This document shows, piece by piece, positions 29,683-40,438 of a DNA stretch of 64,000 bases. Each line of letters opens with the position of its first letter. The first letter of the stretch is position 1. Source of the DNA: Gemmatimonadota bacterium (GTDB lineage: Bacteria; Gemmatimonadota; Gemmatimonadetes; Gemmatimonadales; Gemmatimonadaceae). Under the pieces are notes generated by a model. It searched no databases and had not been told where the DNA came from. It worked only from the letters and a program-made list of their open reading frames with translations. The position numbers and the translations under genes are program-made. Location of the stretch: positions 31,925 through 95,924 of the forward strand of contig PMEM01000043.1 of the NCBI GenBank assembly GCA_003155795.1, in the 5' to 3' direction.

Positions 29683-31511
29683 GGGGTCTGCTCAGATTTT
29701 GGTGAAAGGTGAGGCGAGGAGTTAGGCTTCAGGGATCGTTTTGGAGGTGCTGCACCACATGGATGCATTGACTGCGAGCCCGCTGTGCCCGTCTCCGCTG
29801 GAGCTACAGCTCGCCGAGATTCGCTTTGCCGCGCCGGAGCTGATCGTCACCGCAACGGCTCGCCGACGAGTGGTCGCCTGCCCCAAGTGTGGCCACGCCA
29901 GCACGCGGGTGCACAGCCGGTACAGTCGGACGCTCTCCGATCTCCCATGGCACGGGCTACGAGTGCGCCTTGACGTCCACGTTCGCCGCTTCTTCTGCGA
30001 TGTACCGGGCTGCAAGCGGCGGATATTCACCGAGCGACTCCCGAAGACCGCCTCCTCCTATGCCCGGCGCACCGCACGTGCAGCGTCGGCGCTGGAAGCT
30101 ATCGGGCTTGCTCTTGGCGGTCGTGCTGGCGCCCGGCTCGCAGCAGCACTGGGTCTCGCCGGTGCTCCATCGGAAATCCTCTCGATCCTATCCGCCATTC
30201 ATGCCGTCGTAAGCGACTGCAGTAGTGACCGCGCTACATCCACTGTGCGGGTGTTGGGCGTGGATGACTGGGCGTGGCGCAAGGGCCAGCGGTATGGCAC
30301 GATCTTGGTCGACCTGGAGCGGCATCACGTAATCGACTTACTACCGGACCGTGAGTCTGACACGCTCGTCGCATGGCTGTGTGCGCATCCCGGGGTCGAG
30401 TTCATCAGCCGGGACCGCGCAGGTGGTTACGCAGATGCTGCAAGGCGCGGAGCGCCCGGCGCCATTCAAATCGCTGATCGTTTCCACCTGCTGCGCAATC
30501 TGACCGATGCCGCACAGCACGCGTTGGAACGACATCACACCATCGTGCGAGCAATCGGTCTCGATGCAAAGCCGCCGACGCCGGTATTGCTGAAACGTGG
30601 TGGCCCTGTGTCACGCCGATGGACACTTGGAGCGAGCGATCTGCCAGCCAATCCACCGAACGATCCGCCGCTCGCGGAACAGCGCAAGCTCGCCCGGCGT
30701 GCTCGGCGACAGTCGCGCTACGACGAGATGATCGCGCTTCGTACGGGTGGCGCGTCGGTCGCGGCCATCCACCGCTCGCTCGGGCTCAGCCGAAAGACGA
30801 TAATGCGCTGGACAGGAGCAGGCGCCTTCCCCGAGCGGCAGCCCGCAGTGAGAAGAGAGACGTCGTTAACACCACACGCTGAGTATCTCGCCGAGCGGTG
30901 GCGTGGCGGATGTCACAACGTGACCCAACTGTGGCGCGAGCTCCGCGACGGGCGCGGATTTCACGGTGGCCTCACCACTGTACTGGCGTGGGCCCGATTG
31001 CATCTGCGTGGAACGGTGATACCGAAGATACCGGAAGCATCGCTCGCGGTGACGGCGCGTCCGACATCACGTCCGTCCTCACGCCGCGCGGCCTGGCTGC
31101 TGACCGCTCCATTGGATCAGCTCAAAGCGCCGGAACTGCGCTACGTCGAGGCGATCTGCACCGAGTCGAGCGCACTTGCTGCCGTGCATAGTCTCGCGAT
31201 GGAGTTTCGCGGTATGCTCAAGACTCATGATCCTAACGCGCTCGCGCTCTCGCTCGATACGGCCGAGCGCAGCGAGCTTCGATCCCTTGCTGCGGGTCTG
31301 CGGCGTGACAAGGACGCGGTGCTCGCAGCCATCCTCTTCCGCTGGAGTAACGGGCAGGTCGAAGGCCAGGTGAACCGGCTCAAGCTCATCAAGCGCACGA
31401 TGTACGGTCGGGCCGGCTTCGCGCTGCTCCGACGACGTGTGCTCGCCGCCTGACTGCAACGAACCCCAACTCCGAGAGGCGAGTGCCTTCATCAAAAGTT
31501 TGTCAGACCCC
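29683..31511 (+). mobile_element. ISL3-family insertion sequence
   Basis: Imperfect terminal IRs ggggtctgctcagattttggtgaa vs reverse complement ggggtctgacaaacttttgatgaa around the transposase; no target duplication seen. Confidence 0.85.
29741..31453 (+). CDS. ISL3-family transposase
   Basis: CPKC zinc finger, VLGVDDWAWRKGQRYGTILVDLE, SRDR, ADRFH, SNGQVEGQVNRLKLIKR. Confidence 0.96.
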   Translation: MEVLHHMDALTASPLCPSPLELQLAEIRFAAPELIVTATARRRVVACPKCGHASTRVHSRYSRTLSDLPWHGLRVRLDVHVRRFFCDVPGCKRRIFTERLPKTASSYARRTARAASALEAIGLALGGRAGARLAAALGLAGAPSEILSILSAIHAVVSDCSSDRATSTVRVLGVDDWAWRKGQRYGTILVDLERHHVIDLLPDRESDTLVAWLCAHPGVEFISRDRAGGYADAARRGAPGAIQIADRFHLLRNLTDAAQHALERHHTIVRAIGLDAKPPTPVLLKRGGPVSRRWTLGASDLPANPPNDPPLAEQRKLARRARRQSRYDEMIALRTGGASVAAIHRSLGLSRKTIMRWTGAGAFPERQPAVRRETSLTPHAEYLAERWRGGCHNVTQLWRELRDGRGFHGGLTTVLAWARLHLRGTVIPKIPEASLAVTARPTSRPSSRRAAWLLTAPLDQLKAPELRYVEAICTESSALAAVHSLAMEFRGMLKTHDPNALALSLDTAERSELRSLAAGLRRDKDAVLAAILFRWSNGQVEGQVNRLKLIKRTMYGRAGFALLRRRVLAA

Positions 31512-31721
31512 CACTGCAAGCGTCTCGGCTAACTGACGACGGCGGCCGGATCCGAAAGGGTCCGGCCGTTCTTGCGGTTCATAAGCTGGCCGAGCCCACG
31601 CTGCCCAAACGACTGCTCGCGAAAATCGGTTCGCTGACTCTTGCGAGGATAGCCAAGTTCCTGCACTATAACGACGTTGGCAATCCTGCCGACAAAACGC
31701 AGCCCACTTTGGGGGTGGCGA

Positions 31722-31922
31722 ATGGGACTCTTCAGCAACGAGGACAAGCCGAGCGAGGAGACGGAGGAACACAACCGGGGTCAAGAGGAAGGTGCGCACG
31801 AAACCCTCTGGGACCAGTTGACTACTCCGCGGATCTTTGAGTCCTCGGCTCACGAGAAGGGCAGAGAGAACGGCCACAGGAACCGACCGGACGAGCCCGA
31901 TGAGGAGTCCGACGACGAGTGA
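31722..31922 (+). CDS. small acidic hypothetical protein
   Basis: G-rich RBS then MGLFSNEDKP...DEESDDE. Confidence 0.35.
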   Translation: MGLFSNEDKPSEETEEHNRGQEEGAHETLWDQLTTPRIFESSAHEKGRENGHRNRPDEPDEESDDE

Positions 31923-33109
31923 CGCGGGTCTGTAACGGAGCTCGGCCGAGTACCTGACCCAAGTCGGGGGTACTCGGCCGAGCTTACGTTTGATGTGGAA
32001 CCGCCGCGGGATGCCGGCGGCGGCAACGGGTGGTTTAGCACTCGGCTTCCGCGCGGGAGGCCATCATCATCGACAGGAGGCGGGGCGGAAGCGGCTCGGG
32101 TTGTCCAGCGTCGGGCACGCGTGGCCGGCATGTTCGAGCCGGCGTGCGCTGAAGGATGTCAACGTGACGACGGCTCTTCTTGGTGCTTGCGGCGGTGGTC
32201 TCCATAAGGGCTCCAGGATTGAAAGGTCTCTGCGCTGTCGATGGTTCAGCTTTGTCTCCCGGCAGATCCCGAATCGAGAGTCCTGGAAAAGTTTTTCAAG
32301 ATGTTTTGGCGAGTCGCTGGGGGGACCAGCGCCCCATGCGTATCAAGCATGGGAATCCCCCTGAGGATTAGCCACTGCCTAAGGGTCCCGGGGCATTCGG
32401 GGGAAAGAAGTGCCTCCTGGGCCGCCTCCAGCGGGACATCGGGGAATGAAGGAATCTAGGGTGTAGCGCCCATGGTCTGAGAGCTCAACATCGCCGAAGA
32501 CGGACGCCGGCGTGATGTATGTAGGTAGTGCGACGTCCCACCGGTTGAGGGCGCACACCACATGCGGCCACTGTAAAGAGGAGAGCGCCTACCGCCATGC
32601 GAGGGAGGGGCGCATCCAGCTGGCACCTGTCGCCATAGCCGGTAATACGAATCCCACCCCAGGCGACCCAACGCTCGATGCCGGTCCATCGGCCGCTCGT
32701 CAAGACCAGCACCAGACAACGTGGTCGATATGGTCCAAGGTCACGAGAAACCCGTTAGGAAACCACGACCAAATGGGCCACAGGTCAGCGGAGGCTCTTA
32801 GCACCCGGGACAGAACCGTGTGGGGTGACCGCGTGTCGCTAGGGGAGGAATCCAAGGCCAGCATAGTATCACAATACAGGTCCTCTCCGGCCGACCGCTT
32901 GACGACCTTAGAACTGTAGGCAGCGCGAGTGAAGTTGGTTACAAGCTGCGCTTGCGCGAGCCAGAGACCGGCGGGATTATAGGTAGTACGCTCAGGCTCG
33001 TATGTCTCGTCGGCAGCACATTGCCAACGACGAAAATAGCGGTGCGGGCACAATCCGCGTAGGACAGCCATGACTTCGTTGCTTGCCTTAACACCAACCG
33101 AAAACATCA

Positions 33110-34957
33110 ATGCCGGATAATCCCCGAGATGGAGTTTCGGGAACGCGCTCGCAACGACAGGCGCTTTCACAGTTTATGCGATTACTTCGGCTCGCTCATC
33201 CATATTGGGGAGGCCTAACCAAAGGTCTCTTTCTAGGCATCATCTTGGGCTTGCTCGGGCTAATAACTCCCTACGCCTCGAAACTCCTATTCGACAATGT
33301 GTATCCGGCTCGCGACCTAACGCTACTAAACGTCGTCGTCATCGGAGTAGCGGTCATATCTATAACGACCACGACGATGGGGGCGCTACGCGGGTACTAC
33401 GGCCAAGTGGTCACAGGGAAGCTGGGAAGCGCTGTCGGACTTCTGTACTTCAATCATGTACAGCACCTCCCAGTCGCATTCTTTGACGTGCATCGGGTTG
33501 GCGAGGTCATGAGCAGAGTAGGAGACATTCGCACCGCGCTCGGAACCGTCTCCAAGGTTATACAGTCGGTCTTGGTAAATGGCGTTTTTCTCATTTGTGT
33601 TCCACCCTTCTTAATCGCACTCAGTTGGAAGCTCTCGTTGATTGCCGTCGTGACTACACCTCTTACTGTTGGTGTTACTGCGATAACAAGCCGAGCCGTT
33701 CAACGGTACTTTCGACTCAGCGCAGAAGCGTTCGCCGAGCTTAGCGCGATTCAGGTCGAGGCATTCACGCACATTCGCACAATCAAGGCAATGGCCGGCG
33801 AGCACACGTTTTTCGCCAGCGCGCGCGCCCAAACAGTCAGTACGATTCAGGCCCAACTACGCGCGGCCCGCGTCGGCTCGATAGTGACTATTGTTAATGG
33901 GGTCGTGCGCATAGCGGGTACGGGAGTTCTAACCTGGTATGCGTGGCGATTGATCATCGCGGGTGAATTGACGCTGGGGACCTACGTAGCCTTCACGGCC
34001 TATCTCGGCTATCTAACAGGACCAATAGGTCAACTAACGGATCTCTTTTCGGACTTTCAGCAAACGGCAGTCTCTCTTACCCGCGCATTTGAGTATCTCG
34101 ACATTCTCCCTGAGCAGGACCCGCGCCTCGCTTACGTTCCGCCGTCTGCTCCGACCAAAGGTCGCGGTAGTCTGAAGCTAATCGCGGTCAACCTATCCTA
34201 TGGGTCGGGAAGGCCTATCCTAAAAGAGATATCAGCAGTTCTCGAGGCGGGCAGCATCACGGCTATTGTCGGGCCGAGCGGCGCCGGAAAGTCGTCAATT
34301 TTACGTCTCCTCTGCCGCATGAGCGAACCAACTTCCGGGCAAATCTTGTATGGAGACAGCCCCATCAGTGAATTGAAGATTGGCGACTTCCGTCGCGACG
34401 TCGCGGTGGTCTGGCAAGACCCGGCTCTTTTTCGGGGCACCATTTGGGACAACCTCGCAATGGGAACTTTGGCGGTGTCGATGCAACGAGTTCGCGAAGT
34501 GGTGGCACTGTGCCAGCTCGACAGCCTAATTGACGAGCTTCCACAGCGGTACGAAACGCCAGTTGCAGAATGGGGTGCGACTCTATCAGGTGGACAGCGG
34601 CAGCGGATTGCAATCGCACGTGCCCTTCTCCGGGATACCCCGATCCTGTTGCTCGACGAAGCGACCGCGCAAGTCGATGTGAGAATGGAGAGAGAACTAT
34701 TGACGGCGTTGTTGTCGTGGGCGACGACCAAAATCGTTGTAATTGTGACGCACCGCGTCACGACCGCAGCGATAGCCAATCAGATCTGCGTTGTGGAGGC
34801 GGGGAGAATTACGGCTTCCGGTACACACGAAACGGTTACGGCTGCGAGTCCGATGTATCGCGAATTATGGCAGGCAGCACAAGCAAGTGACACCTTTGCG
34901 GTTGATTGTCCTACAGGAATATTGCGCGCGCGCGACGGGTTGCCTGCGTTCGGGTGA
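33110..34957 (+). CDS. ABC exporter half-transporter (TMD+NBD, no peptidase domain)
   Basis: TM helices; GPSGAGKS, LSGGQRQR, LLDEAT, VTHR. Confidence 0.93.
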   Translation: MPDNPRDGVSGTRSQRQALSQFMRLLRLAHPYWGGLTKGLFLGIILGLLGLITPYASKLLFDNVYPARDLTLLNVVVIGVAVISITTTTMGALRGYYGQVVTGKLGSAVGLLYFNHVQHLPVAFFDVHRVGEVMSRVGDIRTALGTVSKVIQSVLVNGVFLICVPPFLIALSWKLSLIAVVTTPLTVGVTAITSRAVQRYFRLSAEAFAELSAIQVEAFTHIRTIKAMAGEHTFFASARAQTVSTIQAQLRAARVGSIVTIVNGVVRIAGTGVLTWYAWRLIIAGELTLGTYVAFTAYLGYLTGPIGQLTDLFSDFQQTAVSLTRAFEYLDILPEQDPRLAYVPPSAPTKGRGSLKLIAVNLSYGSGRPILKEISAVLEAGSITAIVGPSGAGKSSILRLLCRMSEPTSGQILYGDSPISELKIGDFRRDVAVVWQDPALFRGTIWDNLAMGTLAVSMQRVREVVALCQLDSLIDELPQRYETPVAEWGATLSGGQRQRIAIARALLRDTPILLLDEATAQVDVRMERELLTALLSWATTKIVVIVTHRVTTAAIANQICVVEAGRITASGTHETVTAASPMYRELWQAAQASDTFAVDCPTGILRARDGLPAFG

Positions 34958-35048
34958 CCGCCTGGCGCGGATGGCTCAACACAAGCTCCTGGCTAGAAGC
35001 ACGAGTAGTGTATCGACCACACACTGTCGTTGAACTCTAGGAGAAAAG

Positions 35049-37034
35049 ATGGTGCTTCCAACATTGCTGGAGAAAGATCAACGCGCACTTAGCGATGTCG
35101 CCTCTGACATTGGCGAGCAGCTGTGTCGTGCGGCACTCATCGATGGCAAGACGCGGCACTGGCCGCGTGATTCACCAAGAGATATTCAACCAAACTCGCA
35201 CGACCCAGGCGATGCGACCGTATACGCGGGAAGTGCGGGCATATCTATTGTCCTGGGCGAGTTGTTACGCGCGGAGGGGTCAACAAGAATAGAGGAGGTC
35301 GCAGTCGGTGCTCTTAGACATGCGCTCGAATCCGACAGCACGGTCCTTCCAAGTCATTGTGGCTTCTTTAATGGCCGAGTCGGTTCTGCATACGCGGCCT
35401 TCCGCGTGGGAGAAGCCGCCGGAGATCCTACCTTTATCGAGCGCGGTCGTCGCATTGTGGACGAGCTTCACGGACATGAGTCCGAGGATTACGGAATTGA
35501 TGTCATCTCTGGGGCTGCTGGCGCAATTCCGGTTCTGCTTCGCCTCCAACGCGAGTTCAACATAGATGTAGCTGGCGCCGTAGCGGTCGGACTCGGCGAC
35601 AATCTGCTCGCGCGCGCACGGAGGGAACCGACTGGATGGTCCTGGGATTTCGCGTCAATTTCTTCGGTCCGAAACCTGTCCGGTTTCGCCCATGGCGCAT
35701 CGGGTATCGCCAGTGCTCTTCTCGACTTGTTCGATACAACTGATGACACAAGATATTTATATGCAGCCGAACAGGCTCTCCTGTTCGAGCGTCAGTTCTT
35801 CAATCACCAACTGTGTAATTGGCGCGACAATCGCCATTCAGGAATCCTCCAATTGCAAGAAGCGCACGGCATTGAAGGCGTAGCAGGATTCTTGTCAGCT
35901 GGCGGGAAACTCAAGCCCTACGAACCCTCCTATTCATGCGCTTGGTGCCATGGAGCTCCGGGCATGATTGACGTGCGGCTCCGCATTGGCCTTTTGCTCC
36001 ATGAGCCAACTTGGCTTGAAGAGGCACGCCTAGCCGAAACACCAGTAACTGCGTCGCTCTATACGACAACAAATTACTCTCTATGCCACGGCTCACTTGG
36101 GAACGCAGAGGCTTTGTATCGTGCGGCGCGCGTGTCAGGCGACGTCAGGCTCGGACAAGATATCTTGACATGGTCTACTCAAATACCGACGTGGCATGAG
36201 TCACCAACGCTGAATTGGCGGCCGTCTGGCGCTGCCGCCGACACGGATAAGGTAGAATACTCACTTATGCTCGGTCTCGCTGGTGTGGCTTACTACTGTC
36301 TCATGCTTGCCAATCCCGATGTGCCGTCAATCTTATTCCCGGGAGGGGCGGCAGGTTCTCGTTCTGAACGTGCGGAAAAGTGGCGCGACGGCTGCGACGC
36401 CGCATACTGTGACCACTTCTTTCGTGAAAGTATTCGCATTTCTTCCAGTCTAGGTAATGCGCTCAATCCAACCCGGGTTCCCGGCAACAATAGTTCCGCG
36501 CCACGGGAGCTTTACGCCTCGTTGCTAGGCGTACTGACGGCGGCGGAAGGAGTAACTACCGCTCTCTTACAAGACGCGTCAGCGATTGAACGAACACGAT
36601 TCCTTCTAGAAGTCGACTCTGAAGATCACTTAAGCGACAAGCTCGAGCGGCTTTACAGCGAAGCAGTAGGTGAGCGATGGCGTAACCTGCCGTTACGCGT
36701 GGCTCCGGGAGTGCGCGTGGTCGAAACGGACTACGATTGGGCCGAATGGTCACAACAGTCAGAGGCAGATCGCCCACCAGTGCCCCGGGCCGTCGCTCAG
36801 ACTCACCTGCTCGTGTGGTCACATCGTGGTGTAGCGCAGTACAAGATAGACGAGTTGTCAGCCCAGCTTATCGCATACATGGATCGTCCATACGTGTTAA
36901 AGGATCTATTGGACGAGACGGGTGTGGCGGACGGCGAAACGGACGAGTTGAAAGTACGCGCTGCCGTCAGTCGTGCCGTTGAGCAACTATATGCGGTTGA
37001 CGCATTGATCATTGATATTCCGCTGTTCGAGTAG
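35049..37034 (+). CDS. lanC: LanC-type lanthionine cyclase with ~230-aa C-terminal extension
   Basis: GFAHGASG, WCHGAPG, LCHGSLG, SLMLGLAG. Confidence 0.9.
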   Translation: MVLPTLLEKDQRALSDVASDIGEQLCRAALIDGKTRHWPRDSPRDIQPNSHDPGDATVYAGSAGISIVLGELLRAEGSTRIEEVAVGALRHALESDSTVLPSHCGFFNGRVGSAYAAFRVGEAAGDPTFIERGRRIVDELHGHESEDYGIDVISGAAGAIPVLLRLQREFNIDVAGAVAVGLGDNLLARARREPTGWSWDFASISSVRNLSGFAHGASGIASALLDLFDTTDDTRYLYAAEQALLFERQFFNHQLCNWRDNRHSGILQLQEAHGIEGVAGFLSAGGKLKPYEPSYSCAWCHGAPGMIDVRLRIGLLLHEPTWLEEARLAETPVTASLYTTTNYSLCHGSLGNAEALYRAARVSGDVRLGQDILTWSTQIPTWHESPTLNWRPSGAAADTDKVEYSLMLGLAGVAYYCLMLANPDVPSILFPGGAAGSRSERAEKWRDGCDAAYCDHFFRESIRISSSLGNALNPTRVPGNNSSAPRELYASLLGVLTAAEGVTTALLQDASAIERTRFLLEVDSEDHLSDKLERLYSEAVGERWRNLPLRVAPGVRVVETDYDWAEWSQQSEADRPPVPRAVAQTHLLVWSHRGVAQYKIDELSAQLIAYMDRPYVLKDLLDETGVADGETDELKVRAAVSRAVEQLYAVDALIIDIPLFE

Positions 37035-37059
37035 CGCTCTCACGGGGCGAAAACTTTGT

Positions 37060-39039
37060 ATGGGCATGAATTTTATTATGTCGGCTACAAATGAACGCCT
37101 TGTCGTACCCAAGGCAGCCAGATGTGCTCGCGCGGGACTTTTTGATAGACTGCTCGTTACACTGAGCTTGCTACTCTTGTGGAATGCGACAATTGGTGTA
37201 CCGGCACAAGGCCAGGGAATACTGAATTCGGGATTCGAAGTCCCTAGCGACATCGATCCAGCTCATGCCTGGGGGTGGAGTAGCGATCAAACTGCGTATG
37301 AAGCGTTGAGAGACTGCCGTGTTGCAAAGACGGGCCGCTGTTCGCTGTTAGTGCGCTCCGCGCCTTCTACGAATGCGTCTGACACCGGTACCGTCGCTCG
37401 CCAAATCACCGCTGCCGCGTTAAGGTCCAAGGACGTGGAAGTTCAGGTAAGCGTCCACATCGGCGCTGGCGATGGCCAAGTTAGTCTTTGGATCCGTGCC
37501 GACGGACCTGACGGCCGGAACGAAGGTTTTATTGAAACCCGCCTGCAAGAATCAGCAGACTCGACACAATGGACTACGCTGCGAGCTCGGCTGCACGTTA
37601 CGCACAAAACGCAAGCCTTGACCGTCGGTTTTTTGGTCGTCGGGAGACGGACCGTCTGGTTCGATGATCTACGGATACTCGTAAACGGTTCTGACTACGA
37701 TACTGTCCTAGCGGCCGAGGTACAGCATGCGGTCCCGGAACGAAAGCTTCGTCAATATGCCACTTCGATGGGAACTTCTAATCCTCTGATACCGCTTTCG
37801 GACACGGCCGCGCTCGCGCGGGTCATCGACGGTGCGCGAGTTGTTGCGCTCGGTGAAGCAACGCACGGCACGCATGAGTTTTTTGCAATGAAGGACCGCG
37901 TGATACGGTCGCTCTTCGAACGAAACGGTTTTACTGCGGTATTGATGGAGTGTAGCATGCAGCAAGCTCGGCGCGTAAACGCGTATATACTCACTGGCGC
38001 TGGAGATCCTCGTAAGCTCGTTGCAAACCTTGGATTCTGGTCGTGGGACACTGGCGAGGTAGTTGAACTGATCAGATGGCTTCGGCTATATAAGCTTCAA
38101 GGTCATGAAGTGGAGTTCTGGGGATTCGACACGCAATCCCCCGAAGGAGCGATGGACAGCGTGATTGCGTTCTCACAATCGACAAACCCTGCTATCGCAG
38201 ATCGGATCGCCCGGCGCTATGCTGCAATTCGTCCAATATTACAAAGGCTTCCAGCAACTGGTGGCGGCACCGATTCCGCAAGTTCACAATTCTGGGTTAG
38301 CGCTTCGCGCGACGGGCTTGCACTACTGGATCAGCAGGTTGGATCGGACGTTAACGTCGGTTCACGCGAGAGGTGGGCCCGCCTATATGCAAATATTGTT
38401 GTTCAATCAGGCCTGCAGTCACTTGCCGCAAGCACCCGAAACGGATTAGTACGGGATAGTATTATGGCGGCGAACATCGAGTGGATTATCGCCCAGCTGC
38501 CAAGTACGGCACACGCAGTCGTTTGGGCGCATAACGGACATGTAGAGCGGAGCCAGGCATCCATGGGCTGGCATCTTAACCAGAAGTTCGGTGATAAGTA
38601 CCGAGTTATCGGGATGACCAGCTATGAAGGAAGCTACCTTGCGGCGGGCCCTAACGGTTTTCGGGCTTATTCTGAGGGTGTCGCGCCCGTCGGTAGTATT
38701 GAGTCGGCTCTTCATCGTTTAGGGGTTCCGATCCTGCTATTGAACGTTCGCTCGTTGCGAGCCGATCCAGCTATGATTTGGTTCGCCGAACCACACGAGT
38801 TCCTTGCCGTTGGCGCGATTGCGGAGGAACCATCGTTTTCCCCGGTGACCTTGGCGACAGCGTTCGATGGGCTAATTTATTTCGCTCATACTTCCCCATC
38901 CGCTACTGCGCTTTCGCTGTTGCTACCGGCCACAGTTGCAACGCACGGCTTCATTCGATGGAGCTACGTCCCACTGCTGGTAATTATCGTAGCAGTCAGC
39001 GCGCTAACCGGGCTATATGTTAAAAAGCGCGCGAAGTAG
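37060..39039 (+). CDS. erythromycin-esterase-family hydrolase with N-terminal beta-sandwich and C-terminal TM anchor
   Basis: LGEATHGTHEF, GFDTQ, RDSIMA, WAHNGHV; signal-like N-terminus; start uncertain. Confidence 0.85.
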   Translation: MGMNFIMSATNERLVVPKAARCARAGLFDRLLVTLSLLLLWNATIGVPAQGQGILNSGFEVPSDIDPAHAWGWSSDQTAYEALRDCRVAKTGRCSLLVRSAPSTNASDTGTVARQITAAALRSKDVEVQVSVHIGAGDGQVSLWIRADGPDGRNEGFIETRLQESADSTQWTTLRARLHVTHKTQALTVGFLVVGRRTVWFDDLRILVNGSDYDTVLAAEVQHAVPERKLRQYATSMGTSNPLIPLSDTAALARVIDGARVVALGEATHGTHEFFAMKDRVIRSLFERNGFTAVLMECSMQQARRVNAYILTGAGDPRKLVANLGFWSWDTGEVVELIRWLRLYKLQGHEVEFWGFDTQSPEGAMDSVIAFSQSTNPAIADRIARRYAAIRPILQRLPATGGGTDSASSQFWVSASRDGLALLDQQVGSDVNVGSRERWARLYANIVVQSGLQSLAASTRNGLVRDSIMAANIEWIIAQLPSTAHAVVWAHNGHVERSQASMGWHLNQKFGDKYRVIGMTSYEGSYLAAGPNGFRAYSEGVAPVGSIESALHRLGVPILLLNVRSLRADPAMIWFAEPHEFLAVGAIAEEPSFSPVTLATAFDGLIYFAHTSPSATALSLLLPATVATHGFIRWSYVPLLVIIVAVSALTGLYVKKRAK

Positions 39040-39232
39040 TCCCGGCGTCAGCGACGCTCACCACCACCGTCATTAGACGCTGTGGCCCACCGAGTGCTAA
39101 AGATTTGGGCGCGCGCTAGACCTGAGCAAAGAGCCGACCGATGTTCGGCCAACTTGAATCGCACGCGTTGTCGGATGTTACGCAGACATCGATTTTGTTG
39201 TCTCTTAGTACCGCCCGGACGCTAGATCACCG

Positions 39233-39856
39233 TTAGACTATACGATCGATTCCGGACGTGCGTTTGACAAATAAATGTTCCGCGCGCCTGCGGATGATGG
39301 GACGTTGCTTATACGCTTGTATCGCGGAAACGAGATCGGACATTTTGCACCTGTAGCCCTTCGCAGCGTATCGATGGGTTCGGCATAGGCATTTTAAGGT
39401 GCTAACGTTATTTGGATTCGACTTGCCAAGGATGCCGGCAGCGAAGCATTCTAGAGTGTTTGCGCCTACAAAAAGGACGTTGTCGCCTAAACTGTAAACC
39501 AGCGCTGATATTTCAAAATCCTCCAAACGTGATAGCAAGTGCCGCGCATCACGGAACACTGCTTTGTTTACATCTATCGTAGTGTAGTTGACTTTGCCTG
39601 TCCCACAATCTTGCAATGCGTATCGTCTCCCGCGCAGCGAGTTAAGTCGCTTCTGATCTTCACTGTTACCCGCAGCGATATCCACGTCTCCAAACGGCTC
39701 GGCTCCCGTTAGACAGTGCCGTATGTAGCCCCCGTACAAGTACATAGAGCGAACGCCAAGGCCGGCTATACCTGTAACTGAGAGTAGACGTCGAACTCCG
39801 GCGGCTAGTCGAGGAAATTCGTCCAACCGCCGTATCTCTAGCGGAGACTGATCCAT
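39233..39856 (-). CDS. CCA/poly(A)-polymerase-head-like nucleotidyltransferase, catalytic motif intact
   Basis: YLYGGYIR..GDVDI, DFEISAL, RTHRYAAKGY. Confidence 0.72.
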   Translation of the reverse strand: MDQSPLEIRRLDEFPRLAAGVRRLLSVTGIAGLGVRSMYLYGGYIRHCLTGAEPFGDVDIAAGNSEDQKRLNSLRGRRYALQDCGTGKVNYTTIDVNKAVFRDARHLLSRLEDFEISALVYSLGDNVLFVGANTLECFAAGILGKSNPNNVSTLKCLCRTHRYAAKGYRCKMSDLVSAIQAYKQRPIIRRRAEHLFVKRTSGIDRIV

Positions 39857-39898
39857 ATAGTTGCGTTTGAGTCGCCATGCAAGTTCGCATTCGCTGCG

Positions 39899-40438
39899 TT
39901 ACACAATTACGACCCCCCCCGAATGGCGCGCGACTTCTTCGGGATTCAGTTCCGGAAAATCCTTTGGCAGTAAGTCGATAATTCGCAAGAATTCTGGGAA
40001 AGGAATGCCATAACCTCTTGAAGCATACTTATACGTTCTTAGCAGCGAAATCAGAGCTCGGCTGGGTGAAATGCGATTCACTGTCAGCAACCGCTGCGCG
40101 ACATGCTCGAAGAAGTGTGATCCAATCAAGAATTCTCCGTCATGGAACGCGATCTGACACACCGTGAAGTCGGCGTCGCGAAGTACGCACGTTGGGTCTG
40201 AATAAATTACTGGGGAACTTACTACGAATGGCGAAGCCGTCAGCTGCGCCGCGAATTGCGCACGGGATGACTCGCTCACGAATGCCACGTTTACATTGGC
40301 AGTTGTCTCGCGTGTCCATAAAGCGCGGACTGCACTGCCAAAAAGCGTGTACTCTGACGCGGGCAAAGCCGCCAAATCGTACCGCTCCAGCAGATTGCGC
40401 AGGGCTCGCAAGACCGACGGGGAACTCTCAGTTCGCAT
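39899..40438 (-). CDS. nucleotidyltransferase-like paralog, DxD replaced by NxN
   Basis: LFGSAVR..ANVNV, DFTVCQIAF, RTYKYASRGY. Confidence 0.68.
   Translation of the reverse strand: MRTESSPSVLRALRNLLERYDLAALPASEYTLFGSAVRALWTRETTANVNVAFVSESSRAQFAAQLTASPFVVSSPVIYSDPTCVLRDADFTVCQIAFHDGEFLIGSHFFEHVAQRLLTVNRISPSRALISLLRTYKYASRGYGIPFPEFLRIIDLLPKDFPELNPEEVARHSGGVVIV

Noticed and set aside
29904..29914. Box variant cgcgggtgcac
   Set aside because: Inside transposase coding sequence; likely chance, and a caution for other mismatched copies
37060..39039. Macrolide resistance gene
   Set aside because: Ere-family fold alone does not imply erythromycin hydrolysis; exported multidomain form in a RiPP cluster
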